Source: Chthoniobacterales bacterium (lineage in GTDB: Bacteria; Verrucomicrobiota; Verrucomicrobiia; Chthoniobacterales; UBA10450). Taken from it: DNA of 64,000 bases. The notes beneath the pieces are model-generated. The model searched no databases. It saw only the letters and a program-made list of their open reading frames with translations, and had not been told where the DNA came from. Position 1 is the first letter of the stretch, and each line of letters opens with the position of its first letter. The stretch is from contig DASZJH010000092.1 of the NCBI GenBank assembly GCA_035948375.1, positions 4,557 to 68,556 on the forward strand. The letters are read 5' to 3'. The translations under genes were made by a program, and so were the position numbers. This document shows positions 21,239 to 30,392 of this stretch, one piece after another.

Positions 21239-22006
21239 TTAGACGAGATCGAACACGAGATCGCGTTTTGTCAGCAGCTCGTGTTCTTGGCATAACTTGG
21301 CGAAGGCACGCAGGCCTTTCTTCTCACCGGCTCCAAAGTTGAATCGGAGATGCTGCCGGTAATAACGGTCGCAAAAAGCATGATCGAACTCCTTCTCGTC
21401 GGCAATCAGATCGTCGAGATGAGAAAGATTCTGGTCACGTAGCGTGCGCAACCGATCGGCGATGGACTTCGGATTTTTCACTTCGGGTCGAACCAGCCAA
21501 AGCGCATAAACGAACGGAACGCCGCAAAGTCTTTTCCATTGGTCGCCGAGATCCCAGAATTGAAAATCATTCGCTTCCTTTTGCCGGAATTGAATTGCCT
21601 GATCGCCAATGAGCAGTCGCGCAGATGATTCGGCGCCGGACGATGTCGATCCAATGCGCGGACCAAGATTCAGTTCGTTGAGCAAACAGCGAAGGAGGTT
21701 ACCGGACGTTTCGGCGGCTGGATCGAGCGCGATCTCCTTTACGGCTGCGAACTCGCCCCGATGGGCGACAACGACACTGTAAACCGGGCCGTCGGATGAA
21801 ATCGAAACGCCGTCGACGATTCGGTAGACCGGGTTCCTAAGAAATTCGAAACTGGACACAAGCGCGAGATCGAGATTGCCGTGCGCAAGTTGCGAGCAAA
21901 GCGCTGAAGGGTGATCGAGCACAACCTCGCCGGACCAGCCGTGAATTAGCGGACGCGCGTTGAGGTACTTAACGCAACCGATCCGTAGCGATTGTCGATC
22001 CTGCAC
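21239..22006 (-). CDS. mqnA: Chorismate dehydratase MqnA (futalosine pathway of menaquinone synthesis)
   Basis: 255-aa ORF with an MqnA-type N-terminus LRIGCVKYLNARPL...LDLALVSS. It is adjacent to a radical-SAM mqn gene. Confidence 0.85.
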   Translation of the reverse strand: MQDRQSLRIGCVKYLNARPLIHGWSGEVVLDHPSALCSQLAHGNLDLALVSSFEFLRNPVYRIVDGVSISSDGPVYSVVVAHRGEFAAVKEIALDPAAETSGNLLRCLLNELNLGPRIGSTSSGAESSARLLIGDQAIQFRQKEANDFQFWDLGDQWKRLCGVPFVYALWLVRPEVKNPKSIADRLRTLRDQNLSHLDDLIADEKEFDHAFCDRYYRQHLRFNFGAGEKKGLRAFAKLCQEHELLTKRDLVFDLV

Positions 22007-22009
22007 TCG

Positions 22010-23161
22010 TTAGGCGCAAGCGAGCTCAGCTCCGGGACGCGGCCGAGCGGATGTCGATTCGTTTTCCCCATTGTTGAGATGGCGATAATGACTGTCGCGT
22101 TGAATCGGAATGCGTCCCGCTTCACGAATGGCGTGCTCCAGTGCTGCGATCGATTGCTGCTGTGGAGTTGTCGCGCCGGCCATGTGAAAGATTTTTTCCT
22201 CCATGATCGTGCCGTGCAGATCATCAACGCCGTAACTCAAGGAGATCTGAGCCAGCGGCAGGCCAGTGCTCACCCAGTAGGCAGTGAGATGATCGATGTT
22301 ATCGAGATAAATCCGGCAGACAGCGAGGTTACGCAGTTGGTCGATAGCGGACGCGCGTTTGATATGAGCAAGCGCGGTGGTCTGCGGTTCAAACGCGAAG
22401 GGAACAAAGCCGCTAAAGCCGCCAGTTTCATCCTGAAGCTGAAGAAGCTGCCGCAAGTGGTCGACGCGATGTTCGAGCGTCTCAACGTGGCCGTAGAGCA
22501 TCGTGCAGGTGCTTCGACCGCCCATCTGATGCCAGATTCGATGGACATCAAGCCATTCCTCGGCTGTCTCTTTACCGCGGCAAATCCGGTCACGCACTTC
22601 GGCATCAAAAATTTCCGCGCCGCCGCCAGTGATAGAGCCCAGTCCGTGTTCGCGCAATAGCTGGAGCGTATCCTTGATCGACATCTTGAAAATTCTGTCC
22701 GCGAGATGGCGCACCTCGATCGCGGTGAAAGCCTTGATGTGCAGGCGGGGATGCAGAGCGCGCAAACCATCCAAAAGTTCAAGGTACCACTCCTTTTTCA
22801 GGGTCGGGTGCAGACCGCCAACCATGTGCACTTCCGTGATCCCAAGTGGCAGCGCGTCGGCGACTGCTTGAATAATTTCTCTCGTTGCGTGCTCAAACGC
22901 GTGGGCGTCGCGTTTCTTGGCCGCAAAGGCACAGAATTGGCACGATAAAACGCAGATGTTCGAATAGTTGATGTAACGATTGTGGATGTAACTCGCGAAA
23001 TTCCCATTCTTCCGCTCGCGCACGACGTTAGCCATGATTCCAAGCGCGTTCAGGTCAGTTGCCCGATAAAGCACAAGAGCGTCCGCCTCCGAGACGCGCT
23101 GGGCCGCCTCGATTTTCTCAGCGATCGGCCTAAGTTGCGTTGGAATAAGTGTGTAATTCAT
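22010..23161 (-). CDS. Radical-SAM enzyme of the MqnE/MqnC family (aminofutalosine synthase-like)
   Basis: ATG at 23161 gives MNYTLIP. The radical-SAM cluster motif is CVLSCQFCAF, with further family motifs GGLHP and TMLYGHVE. I cannot separate MqnE from MqnC by eye. Confidence 0.85.
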   Translation of the reverse strand: MNYTLIPTQLRPIAEKIEAAQRVSEADALVLYRATDLNALGIMANVVRERKNGNFASYIHNRYINYSNICVLSCQFCAFAAKKRDAHAFEHATREIIQAVADALPLGITEVHMVGGLHPTLKKEWYLELLDGLRALHPRLHIKAFTAIEVRHLADRIFKMSIKDTLQLLREHGLGSITGGGAEIFDAEVRDRICRGKETAEEWLDVHRIWHQMGGRSTCTMLYGHVETLEHRVDHLRQLLQLQDETGGFSGFVPFAFEPQTTALAHIKRASAIDQLRNLAVCRIYLDNIDHLTAYWVSTGLPLAQISLSYGVDDLHGTIMEEKIFHMAGATTPQQQSIAALEHAIREAGRIPIQRDSHYRHLNNGENESTSARPRPGAELACA

Positions 23162-23319
23162 CCGTCGAACCGATGCTGAATCGTATGGCCTACCATGCAC
23201 AGACGCCTCTGGAGTTGCAACAAAAAGCACCGCGATCGGCTGGACCAGAAAGGGGCTTCTCTCCAGGAACCGCGCGGTAACCGCCGAATCGCGCATCGTC
23301 CACCCACCTCTCTTTACCA

Positions 23320-23919
23320 ATGGCCGATCCAGAAGCACGGACGAGTTCGGACGATGACGCCGAGGACGTTCGCCTCATGCATCTGGTCGCTAGCGGGGAC
23401 ACTGTTGCCTTCGAAACATTGATCGAGCGACATCAGGCGTTGATCGCCGGGACCGTTGCACGAATGCTGGGCAGCAATTCCGATGTCGAAGATATCGCGC
23501 AGCAGGTTTTCATCAGGGTCTGGAAGAGTGCGAGCCGCTATGTGGCCCGCGCGAAATTCACCACCTGGCTGCTCAAGATCACCCGCAACTTGGTGTTTAA
23601 CGAGATGCGGCGGGCCAAGCGTCACCCGCATGTGCCGGTTCAAATCGACCCGGAAGCCGAAGAGCTCCCGCTAAGAGATGAGATGACGGCGACACCAGAC
23701 GCAACGCTGCTTCAAGAGGAATTGCAAAGTAAGATCGACAGCGCCATCGCCCAACTTCCGGATACTCAACGGATGGCCCTGGTTCTTCGCCGCTATCAGG
23801 AACTCAGCTACGAGGAAATCGCGGAAGTTCTGGAGTTATCGGTCCCGGCGGTGAAGAGCTTGCTTTTTCGCGCCCGAACAGAATTGCGCGAGCGACTGCA
23901 AGATTACCTGAACAAATAA
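23320..23919 (+). CDS. ECF-type RNA polymerase sigma factor (sigma-70 family group 4)
   Basis: 199-aa ORF with region 2 (DIAQQVFIRVWKS) and a region 4 HTH (LSYEEIAEVLELSVPAVKSLLFRAR). Confidence 0.92.
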   Translation: MADPEARTSSDDDAEDVRLMHLVASGDTVAFETLIERHQALIAGTVARMLGSNSDVEDIAQQVFIRVWKSASRYVARAKFTTWLLKITRNLVFNEMRRAKRHPHVPVQIDPEAEELPLRDEMTATPDATLLQEELQSKIDSAIAQLPDTQRMALVLRRYQELSYEEIAEVLELSVPAVKSLLFRARTELRERLQDYLNK

Positions 23920-23924
23920 ACAAA

Positions 23925-23958
23925 GAGGGCGGGCTCCTGCGCGGAAACCCGCCCCCTC
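23925..23958. terminator. GC-rich hairpin between convergent genes
   Basis: GAGGGCGGG (23925-23933) pairs with CCCGCC..CTC (23948-23958). On the minus strand the stem is followed by the T-rich CTCTTTGTTTATTTG, so it is best placed to terminate the secretin gene. Confidence 0.55.
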
Positions 23959-23983
23959 TCAACCCCACATTCCCTAGAAATTC

Positions 23984-25717
23984 TTACTCCTCGCGGTCCT
24001 TAACGTCGCTCTTGAACTGGACTTGCGTCGCTTCTTCAGGCGGTGGCGGCTCGCCTGGCTTGGCGTAATCGGCCGCGAGCTGACGGTGTGACGTCGGCGT
24101 TAAACGCACGGCGCCTTTGGCGTTGTTTCGCCAACCATTTGGGTCGGCATATTCCTCGCCGACATGGCGAACTCCGGATACTTGGTCTTCCAAACCTGTA
24201 CCGTAGCGTTGATCGATGATCGTCGGCGTTACGAAGATAAGCAGATTGCGTTTGTGGCGCTCGTTATCGTGACTCTGGAACGCGTATCCCAGCACCGGAA
24301 TATCGCCGAGAATCGGCACTTTAGTTCGAGCTTTCGAAACCTGATCGGAAAGTAATCCGCCAATCGCTAGCGTATCGCCACTCTTGATCAACACGTTCGA
24401 ATCGAGCGAGCGCTTGTCGATAATCGGGCTGGTAACATCAGCGGTGGCAAAACTAAAATGAAAGTCGCCAACTTTATTGCTGATCTCCGGCCGGACTGAA
24501 AGAGTAATGAAATTGTCTTTGTTCACAGACGGCCGCACGACGAGCGTGTTGCCGAAAACCTTGTCCTGAAAGCCGCCAAACACGGCGGTCGCTGTTTGCT
24601 CGTTGAAATTGAGCTGTGGCACCGGCTGGTTCCGAATGACTTCGATCTTGGCCTGCTGATTGTCGGCCGTAACAATTCGCGGATTGGCGAGGAACTCTGC
24701 ATCCGAGTCCTCATTCAATGCCGTCAACGCCGCACTAAATTGCGGCACAGACAGAATCGCGAATTGGCCGAAAGCCAGTTTGTCGAGAGTGCCGAACAAG
24801 TTTTGGCTTAGAGGATTGCCCAAAGCGAACGGTGAAGTTGTACCGGTAAATGTCGACGTTGCCTTACCCGTAGAGTCCACAGTACTCGTCGTGGGCGCAC
24901 CATATTGGAAGGTTTTTGGCGCCGATGCGCTTCCAACCGTTCCCGCCCAATTGATTCCGTAGGCCTGAATTGGATCGGCGCTTACTTCCACCAGTCGTGC
25001 TTCGATCATGACTTGCCTAGTCGGTTTGTCGATCTGCACCAGAACCTTCCGGATGTTGTCGATGTTGCTACGGGTCTCGCTGAAAAACATCGTGTTTGTC
25101 CGCTCGTCGATTTGCGGAGCGATTTTGCTTTGCAGCTGCGAAGCGACCAACGGCGAAATATCCTTGGCCCGGGCGTAACTGAATTGATAACTGTCGCTCT
25201 CGGTTGGCTCCGCCGTCTTTTCTGCAGCGGTCTTGATGTAAAAAACGTTGTCGATCTTGTCCATGAACAGCCCTTTGGCTTTCACGATGATCGAGATCGC
25301 CTGGATGGCGGTCACATCTTCCAAACGCATTGTTACCGTGCCGGTAACTGCGTCACTTACCACCATATTGACCTTGGCCTGGCGAGCGAGCAGTCGGAGC
25401 ACTTGGCCGACGTCGTCGCCCTGAAATTCGCGAACCCCGACTCCGCCGCTTTCGACATTCGCATCGGCTTCGGTTAACACTGGACTTGTCACAGTTGACG
25501 GTGCGGCCGGCTTTGCCGCAGGACTCCCGGCTTGGACTGGGGCTTGGACCACCATCATAGGTGGATGATCGCCTGGCGCAGGTTGAACCTGAGCCGGCTC
25601 TTGAGTGGGCGCGGCTGGCGCCGCCTGAGGCGGATTGGTTTGAGCCTGAGAGAGAGAAAGCGTGGCTAGGAATGCCACCGCTGCGACGCTTCCCCGTTGC
25701 TTGAAAAATATAAACAT
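23984..25717 (-). CDS. Outer-membrane secretin (type II secretion / type IV pilus secretin family)
   Basis: C-terminal secretin domain (VPILGDIPVLGYAFQS...LLIFVTPTII). ATG at 25717 gives the signal peptide MFIFFKQRGSVAAVAFLATLSLSQAQ, then a P/A/Q-rich linker and an N0/STN-like domain. No pil or gsp partner genes are nearby. Confidence 0.88.
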   Translation of the reverse strand: MFIFFKQRGSVAAVAFLATLSLSQAQTNPPQAAPAAPTQEPAQVQPAPGDHPPMMVVQAPVQAGSPAAKPAAPSTVTSPVLTEADANVESGGVGVREFQGDDVGQVLRLLARQAKVNMVVSDAVTGTVTMRLEDVTAIQAISIIVKAKGLFMDKIDNVFYIKTAAEKTAEPTESDSYQFSYARAKDISPLVASQLQSKIAPQIDERTNTMFFSETRSNIDNIRKVLVQIDKPTRQVMIEARLVEVSADPIQAYGINWAGTVGSASAPKTFQYGAPTTSTVDSTGKATSTFTGTTSPFALGNPLSQNLFGTLDKLAFGQFAILSVPQFSAALTALNEDSDAEFLANPRIVTADNQQAKIEVIRNQPVPQLNFNEQTATAVFGGFQDKVFGNTLVVRPSVNKDNFITLSVRPEISNKVGDFHFSFATADVTSPIIDKRSLDSNVLIKSGDTLAIGGLLSDQVSKARTKVPILGDIPVLGYAFQSHDNERHKRNLLIFVTPTIIDQRYGTGLEDQVSGVRHVGEEYADPNGWRNNAKGAVRLTPTSHRQLAADYAKPGEPPPPEEATQVQFKSDVKDREE

Positions 25718-25829
25718 AATCAGTGGAAGTGAGATACGTGCTGGCCGAATAAAAGCAGGAAGCAGACCAGCCCTCGGGAACTTTCCCGCCGCTGGGTACG
25801 GGAACACCTCGTTGGCAGAGTCCTTTTGC

Positions 25830-26510
25830 CTAGCTCGCGGCTCCTCGAGCCACCGCAACGAACGCCTTCATCAGGCGATGATTCTTTCGCCCCGGAGCAA
25901 CTTCCACTCCGCTTGTAACGTCGACTCCGCGCGGACAAACAACGCGGACAGCCTCTGTCACGTTTTCCGGGTTCAATCCGCCAGCTAGAATCACTGTAAG
26001 TCCCGGATTTTCACTCACGAACCCTTGCGCCTGTTTCCACGGAAAAGACTTGCCTGTTCCGCCAAATTCGCCGGTCAAAGCTGTGTCCAAGACTAAAGTG
26101 TCAGTCCGGAAATCGGGAATCTCTTTTAACGATGTCGAATTCGCTACCGGCACGGCCTTTGCGAATTGAACTCCAACGTCGGCTAATCGGCGGCAGAAGT
26201 CGGTTGATTCGTTGCCGTGCAACTGGAGCGCATTGATGAAAGGCAATCGGCTGATCCGAAGAGCGTCCTCCCAGGTTGGATCCGTCAGTACCGCAACCTT
26301 GCCGATTTCCAGCGGTAATCTGCGGATCCACTCGGCGGCGTTATTGATGTCTATGTAGCGCTTGCTTCGGCGAACAAGATTAAACCCCAGCGCGTCCGCG
26401 CCGGCATCGATCGCAGCCCGGGCGTCCGATTCGTTCGTGATTCCGCAGACTTTGACGAAAACGTGACCCCCGGATCGCGGCTTCCCGCCAAACATCGCGT
26501 CGGCTTTCAC
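25830..26510 (-). CDS. trpF: Phosphoribosylanthranilate isomerase
   Basis: The core VKVCGITNESDARAAIDAGADALGFN...LQLHGNE is a PRAI signature. GTG at 26510 forms a GTGA overlap with the upstream stop; ATG at 26495 is an alternative start. Confidence 0.9.
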   Translation of the reverse strand: MKADAMFGGKPRSGGHVFVKVCGITNESDARAAIDAGADALGFNLVRRSKRYIDINNAAEWIRRLPLEIGKVAVLTDPTWEDALRISRLPFINALQLHGNESTDFCRRLADVGVQFAKAVPVANSTSLKEIPDFRTDTLVLDTALTGEFGGTGKSFPWKQAQGFVSENPGLTVILAGGLNPENVTEAVRVVCPRGVDVTSGVEVAPGRKNHRLMKAFVAVARGAAS

Positions 26511-26923
26511 TCGCCCGGTTCGATGACGCGACCGCGAACCTGCTTAATTTGGCCGTGATGCGTCAGCACGTGAACCCGACCATCACTGCCACGGAAGAAC
26601 GCACTCAGTAACCAGCTCACAAAGGAAATGATGATCGCGCCAAAAACCGCGCTCCAGAATCCGTGAACTTGAAAACACGGCACAATCACACTGACGAACT
26701 TCAACATCAGCGCGTTGATGATGAAAATGAACAGGCCGAGCGTAATCAGAATCAACGGAAAGCTCAGCAGCAGCAGAATCGGCCGAACAAAAGCATTGAT
26801 GATTCCGAGCAGAAGCGCTGCGCCGAGCAGGCAGCCGATGCCGCTGTATTCGATCCCGACGATTGGCGAGGCCACGAACACCGCGAACGCCGTGATAAAC
26901 CAGCGAAAAACGAAGTGCCGCAT
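26507..26923 (-). CDS. Four-TM membrane protein of the DUF360 / phage-holin-4_2-like family
   Basis: 138-aa ORF with four hydrophobic helices. The motif GIINAFVRPILLLLSFPLILITLGLFIFIINALML matches my memory of DUF360. Confidence 0.72.
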   Translation of the reverse strand: MRHFVFRWFITAFAVFVASPIVGIEYSGIGCLLGAALLLGIINAFVRPILLLLSFPLILITLGLFIFIINALMLKFVSVIVPCFQVHGFWSAVFGAIIISFVSWLLSAFFRGSDGRVHVLTHHGQIKQVRGRVIEPGE

Positions 26924-27027
26924 GCCTCAGACTATTATCTTTCACCGAAATTTGCACAAATAAACGCACGGAGGGTTGCAACTGACCCTGAGCGCGCTAA
27001 ATCGTAATTCAGGGAGGAATTTTAGTT

Positions 27028-27315
27028 GTGGCTAGGAAAAGTAAAGTTGACGCATCGAGTTCGGACAAAATCCGCAAGACGAGACGAACCGGAAGATCGA
27101 CATCTGTAAAGAAATCGACCTCGCGAAAGAATAGCGCAGTTCGAATCCCACGAGAAGTCGTGGCGGCCTCAGTAGAGTTCGATCCGACCGACGAGCAGAT
27201 CTCGATGCGCGCCTATTTTATTTCCGAGCGCCGCCACCGGCTTGCTCTTCCCGGCGACGCCAACTCCGATTGGATCGAAGCCAAGCGCCAGCTTCTCTCT
27301 GAAACTCGGCATTAA
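27028..27315 (+). CDS. DUF2934-domain small basic protein
   Basis: GTG start with AGGGAGG 11 nt upstream. K/R/S-rich N-terminal half, then ISMRAYFISERRHRLALPGDANSDWIEAKRQL (DUF2934 pattern). Confidence 0.7.
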   Translation: MARKSKVDASSSDKIRKTRRTGRSTSVKKSTSRKNSAVRIPREVVAASVEFDPTDEQISMRAYFISERRHRLALPGDANSDWIEAKRQLLSETRH

Positions 27316-27368
27316 CGTCGTAGCTGCCGATGTCCTCACCGTCAGGTCCACCGCCGAGACGGCGGCAG

Positions 27369-27797
27369 CTACAATTTCTGAGCGTCCTCGACGCCGGGAA
27401 CGCAGGTTTTGATCTTTTCGACCAGTCGATTGATCGCGAACGGTTTCGCGACTAAGCCGGCGACGCCCGGTTCCTTCAACAACTCCTGCGCTCGCGCTTC
27501 TTCTGCTTTTCCGGACGCGAGAATCAGCGGTGGAATCTCTCTGATTGGCTCAATGCTTTGATAAACCTTGCCGATCAAAAAAAATAATATCGCGCCGTCG
27601 ATCATCGGCATCTGGAAATCGAAGATGAAGAGATCGTACTTCTTTTTCAGCGCTAGTTCGAACGCGTATTCCGGTTTCGGCGACGTATCCACTTCGCACT
27701 TCAACGTCGCCACCAGCGCCTCGCGCACCACGCGCAGCAGCGCGACATCGTCATCCACCATCAGAAACCGCTTTGGCTCGCAGGGCACAGCAGGCAT
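27369..27797 (-). CDS. Stand-alone response-regulator receiver domain (CheY-like)
   Basis: 142-aa ORF with acidic pocket MVDDD, phospho-acceptor context LFIFDFQMPMIDG and a conserved Lys in VAKPF. No output domain and no kinase nearby. Confidence 0.85.
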   Translation of the reverse strand: MPAVPCEPKRFLMVDDDVALLRVVREALVATLKCEVDTSPKPEYAFELALKKKYDLFIFDFQMPMIDGAILFFLIGKVYQSIEPIREIPPLILASGKAEEARAQELLKEPGVAGLVAKPFAINRLVEKIKTCVPGVEDAQKL

Positions 27798-27887
27798 TTA
27801 ACCACGAATAGACACGAAAGAAGCGCCAATTGTTTCAATTTTGGGGAGCGCTTGCCGTCCTTCATTAGTGTCGATTAGTGTCCGTTC

Positions 27888-28115
27888 GTGGTTAATTCGA
27901 CTTCCGATCTCGCCGCCGCATTGCGCGAACGCCTCAGCATCATCGGAGATGCAAACAGCCGCCGCGATCCAGACAAACACATCGCGCGACTCCGCGCTAT
28001 TTCAGCAAAGATCGACAACCTCGCCGCTGCCTTACCTAAACCGATCGATCCGCAGCTCGCCCACTTTCTCCAGCGGAAGAGCTACGACAAAGCCCTCGAG
28101 TTTCTACAGCACTAG
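27888..28115 (+). CDS. Hypothetical small helical protein
   Basis: 75-aa ORF with a GTG start. No family recognised. Its stop overlaps the convergent NUDIX gene stop by 4 nt. Confidence 0.45.
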   Translation: MVNSTSDLAAALRERLSIIGDANSRRDPDKHIARLRAISAKIDNLAAALPKPIDPQLAHFLQRKSYDKALEFLQH

Positions 28116-28495
28116 GCTTGGTCAATCCACTTCTCGACCGAGCGACGATACCCGACCGGTAAATTAAGCTCAGACAAACGATCAACCGGCCACAAACAGT
28201 GTTCAGTATGTTCGCTACTCAGCCTCGGATTGAATTCACCAGACAGCGCACAGCCGTACGTAGTTATAACGACATTGTGCCCCGGAATCACTTCGAAAAG
28301 ATACGAATCAATTTGGTTGCCGACCGCAACCTGAACGGAAAGTTCTTCTGCAAATTCGCGCGATAGCGTTTTGGTGTGATCTTCTCCCGGCTCAGATCGA
28401 CCGCCGGGGAGCTCCCACTCGCAACGCGGATTTTTGACGAGCAATACCTTCCCATCCACGAGCAACACTCCTTTAATCGAAGTTGCATAGCTCAT
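28112..28495 (-). CDS. NUDIX hydrolase
   Basis: 127-aa ORF with Nudix box GGRSEPGEDHTKTLSREFAEELSV (GX5EX7REUXEEXGU). Confidence 0.9.
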   Translation of the reverse strand: MSYATSIKGVLLVDGKVLLVKNPRCEWELPGGRSEPGEDHTKTLSREFAEELSVQVAVGNQIDSYLFEVIPGHNVVITTYGCALSGEFNPRLSSEHTEHCLWPVDRLSELNLPVGYRRSVEKWIDQA

Positions 28496-28567
28496 CAGTT
28501 TAATTGCAGCATTGCACGAATGTTCGTAATGAACACGGATGCTCCGCAGATTGGTTTTAGATCAGCC

Positions 28568-29179
28568 TTAGCGCGAGTACAACTCGACGATCAACTGCTC
28601 GTTGACGATCGGTTGCATTTCTTCGCGTGACGGAATGTGCGCAACTTTGCCCTTGAGCCCGTCGCGATCGACGGTCAGCCAGTCCGGAACCGGAACGATT
28701 TGGGTCAGCTCAAGATTGCGGACCGCAAGCTGGCGCGATTTCGGTTTGTCTTTGACCGCAATTTCGTCGCCGGCTTTCACATTGTAAGAGGCCACGTTGA
28801 CGCCGCGACCGTTGACCTGGACGTGTCCGTGCGACACGAGCTGGCGCGCGGCATTGCGCGTATTAGCAAAACCGAGCCGGTAAATCACGTTGTCGAGCCG
28901 CGTCTCAAGAAGTTGGAGCAGCGTTTCGCCGGTCACACCGCGTTTGCGCAGGGCGTGCTGAAAAATCCGGCGGAACTGGCGCTCGAGCAGACCGTACTGA
29001 TAACGAAGCTTTTGTTTTTCGCCGAGCGCGATCGCGTACTCGGATTGTTTCCGGCGCGAGCCTTTTGGCCCGTGCATTCCCGGCGGATAATTTTTCCGCT
29101 CGAGCGATTTCGATGGTCCAAAAATCTGCACGCCGTAACGGCGGCTGACTCTTGTTTTCGGTCCAGTGTATCTACCCAT
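28568..29179 (-). CDS. rpsD: 30S ribosomal protein S4
   Basis: 203-aa ORF with N-terminus MGRYTGPKTRVSRRYG and an S4 RNA-binding domain. Confidence 0.97.
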   Translation of the reverse strand: MGRYTGPKTRVSRRYGVQIFGPSKSLERKNYPPGMHGPKGSRRKQSEYAIALGEKQKLRYQYGLLERQFRRIFQHALRKRGVTGETLLQLLETRLDNVIYRLGFANTRNAARQLVSHGHVQVNGRGVNVASYNVKAGDEIAVKDKPKSRQLAVRNLELTQIVPVPDWLTVDRDGLKGKVAHIPSREEMQPIVNEQLIVELYSR

Positions 29180-29213
29180 GAAAAAAGTTGAGAGGTTGAG
29201 AAGTTGAGTAGAA

Positions 29214-29822
29214 TCAGACGCGGCGTTGTTTCGGTGGCCGGCAACCGTTGTGCGGAACCGGAGTCACGTCGCGAATCAACGTGAGATCGAGCCCGATCGC
29301 TTGTAGCGCGCGCACCGCCGATTCGCGGCCAGCGCCCGGACCTTTAACGAGAACCTGAACTTCCTTGAGTCCGTGACCCATCGCCTGCCGCGACGCGTCC
29401 TGCGCGACCAACTGCGCCGCGTAGGCTGTGCTCTTGCGCGAACCTTTGAATCCAACTTTGCCAGCGCTCGACCAGCCGATCACGTTGCCGTTCAAATCCG
29501 TAATCGTGACGATGGTATTGTTGAAGGTCGCATAAACGTGCGCGATGCCGGAGTGAATGTTCTTGGCGCCTTTGGCCTTAACAATTTTCGGTGCTTCCAC
29601 CGCGTCGGCATCGAGCGAAAGATTTTCGGGAGCCTTCTCGGCCGCAGCCGCAACTTTTTCCTGAGGTTTGGCGGCCGGTTTCTTCTGGTTTGGTTCGGCC
29701 GTAGCCGAAGCTTCAGGAGTCGGCTTTTCTGGATCAGCCGTTTTGACCGCCGGCTTTTTATCGGCCTTCTCCGCCTTCGGCTTTTCCTCTTTCGCCTTCG
29801 CTGGTTTCTTGTGTTCGGCCAT
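29214..29822 (-). CDS. rpsK: 30S ribosomal protein S11 with a ~75-aa K/A/E/P-rich N-terminal extension
   Basis: The C-terminal ~125 aa is S11 ([15 protein letters not shown]...[11 protein letters not shown]...[13 protein letters not shown]). The N-terminus reads [27 protein letters not shown]. Confidence 0.95.
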   Translation of the reverse strand: MAEHKKPAKAKEEKPKAEKADKKPAVKTADPEKPTPEASATAEPNQKKPAAKPQEKVAAAAEKAPENLSLDADAVEAPKIVKAKGAKNIHSGIAHVYATFNNTIVTITDLNGNVIGWSSAGKVGFKGSRKSTAYAAQLVAQDASRQAMGHGLKEVQVLVKGPGAGRESAVRALQAIGLDLTLIRDVTPVPHNGCRPPKQRRV

Positions 29823-29824
29823 TT

Positions 29825-30220
29825 TTAGACTTTTCCTGCTTTAGCTTCTGGATTGCGAATTACGCCGACTGTTTTGCGAGGCCCCTTGCGCGTGCGCGCA
29901 TTTGTCGATGTTCGCTGTCCGCGCACCGGCAATCCGCGGCGATGGCGCTGCCCGCGATAACAATTGATTGCCTGTAAGCGTTTCAAATTTCCCTGAATGT
30001 CGCGGCGAAGATCGCCCTCGATTTTGATCTTGTTATTGCTGATGGCGTGAATGATTTCGTTAACCTGCTGCGGCGTGAGTTTGTTGGCCCGCAGGTTCGG
30101 ATCGATGTTCGTCTGTTCCAAAATTTTCCGGGCAGTGCTGAACCCGATGCCGTAAATGTAGGTCAGCGACGCTTCGATACGCTTGTCCGCTGGAATTTCA
30201 ACTCCAAGTAATCGTGGCAT
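29825..30220 (-). CDS. rpsM: 30S ribosomal protein S13
   Basis: 131-aa ORF starting [26 protein letters not shown]. Confidence 0.97.
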   Translation of the reverse strand: MPRLLGVEIPADKRIEASLTYIYGIGFSTARKILEQTNIDPNLRANKLTPQQVNEIIHAISNNKIKIEGDLRRDIQGNLKRLQAINCYRGQRHRRGLPVRGQRTSTNARTRKGPRKTVGVIRNPEAKAGKV

Positions 30221-30227
30221 GTAAAAT

Positions 30228-30341
30228 TTATCCCTGGCGCTGTTTGTGACGCGGATTTTTGCAAATCACGCGCACCACATTCTTGCGCTTCACAATTTTG
30301 CAGCTTTCACAAAGTCTTCTAACTGAGGGTCGCACTTTCAT
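30228..30341 (-). CDS. rpmJ: 50S ribosomal protein L36
   Basis: Below the ORF-track length cutoff. Hand translation gives [37 protein letters not shown] then TAA. It sits in the expected infA-rpmJ-rpsM position. Confidence 0.93.
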   Translation of the reverse strand: MKVRPSVRRLCESCKIVKRKNVVRVICKNPRHKQRQG

Positions 30342-30392
30342 AAAAATTCCATTGTCGATCGAAACAAAAAACGCGGAGCCATATCCGCGTTG

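Noticed and set aside
27139-27148. GTTCGAATCC, a tRNA T-loop-like string
   Set aside because: The flanks (gcgcag / cacgag) cannot form a T-stem, and no acceptor or anticodon arms are present. It lies inside the DUF2934 ORF.
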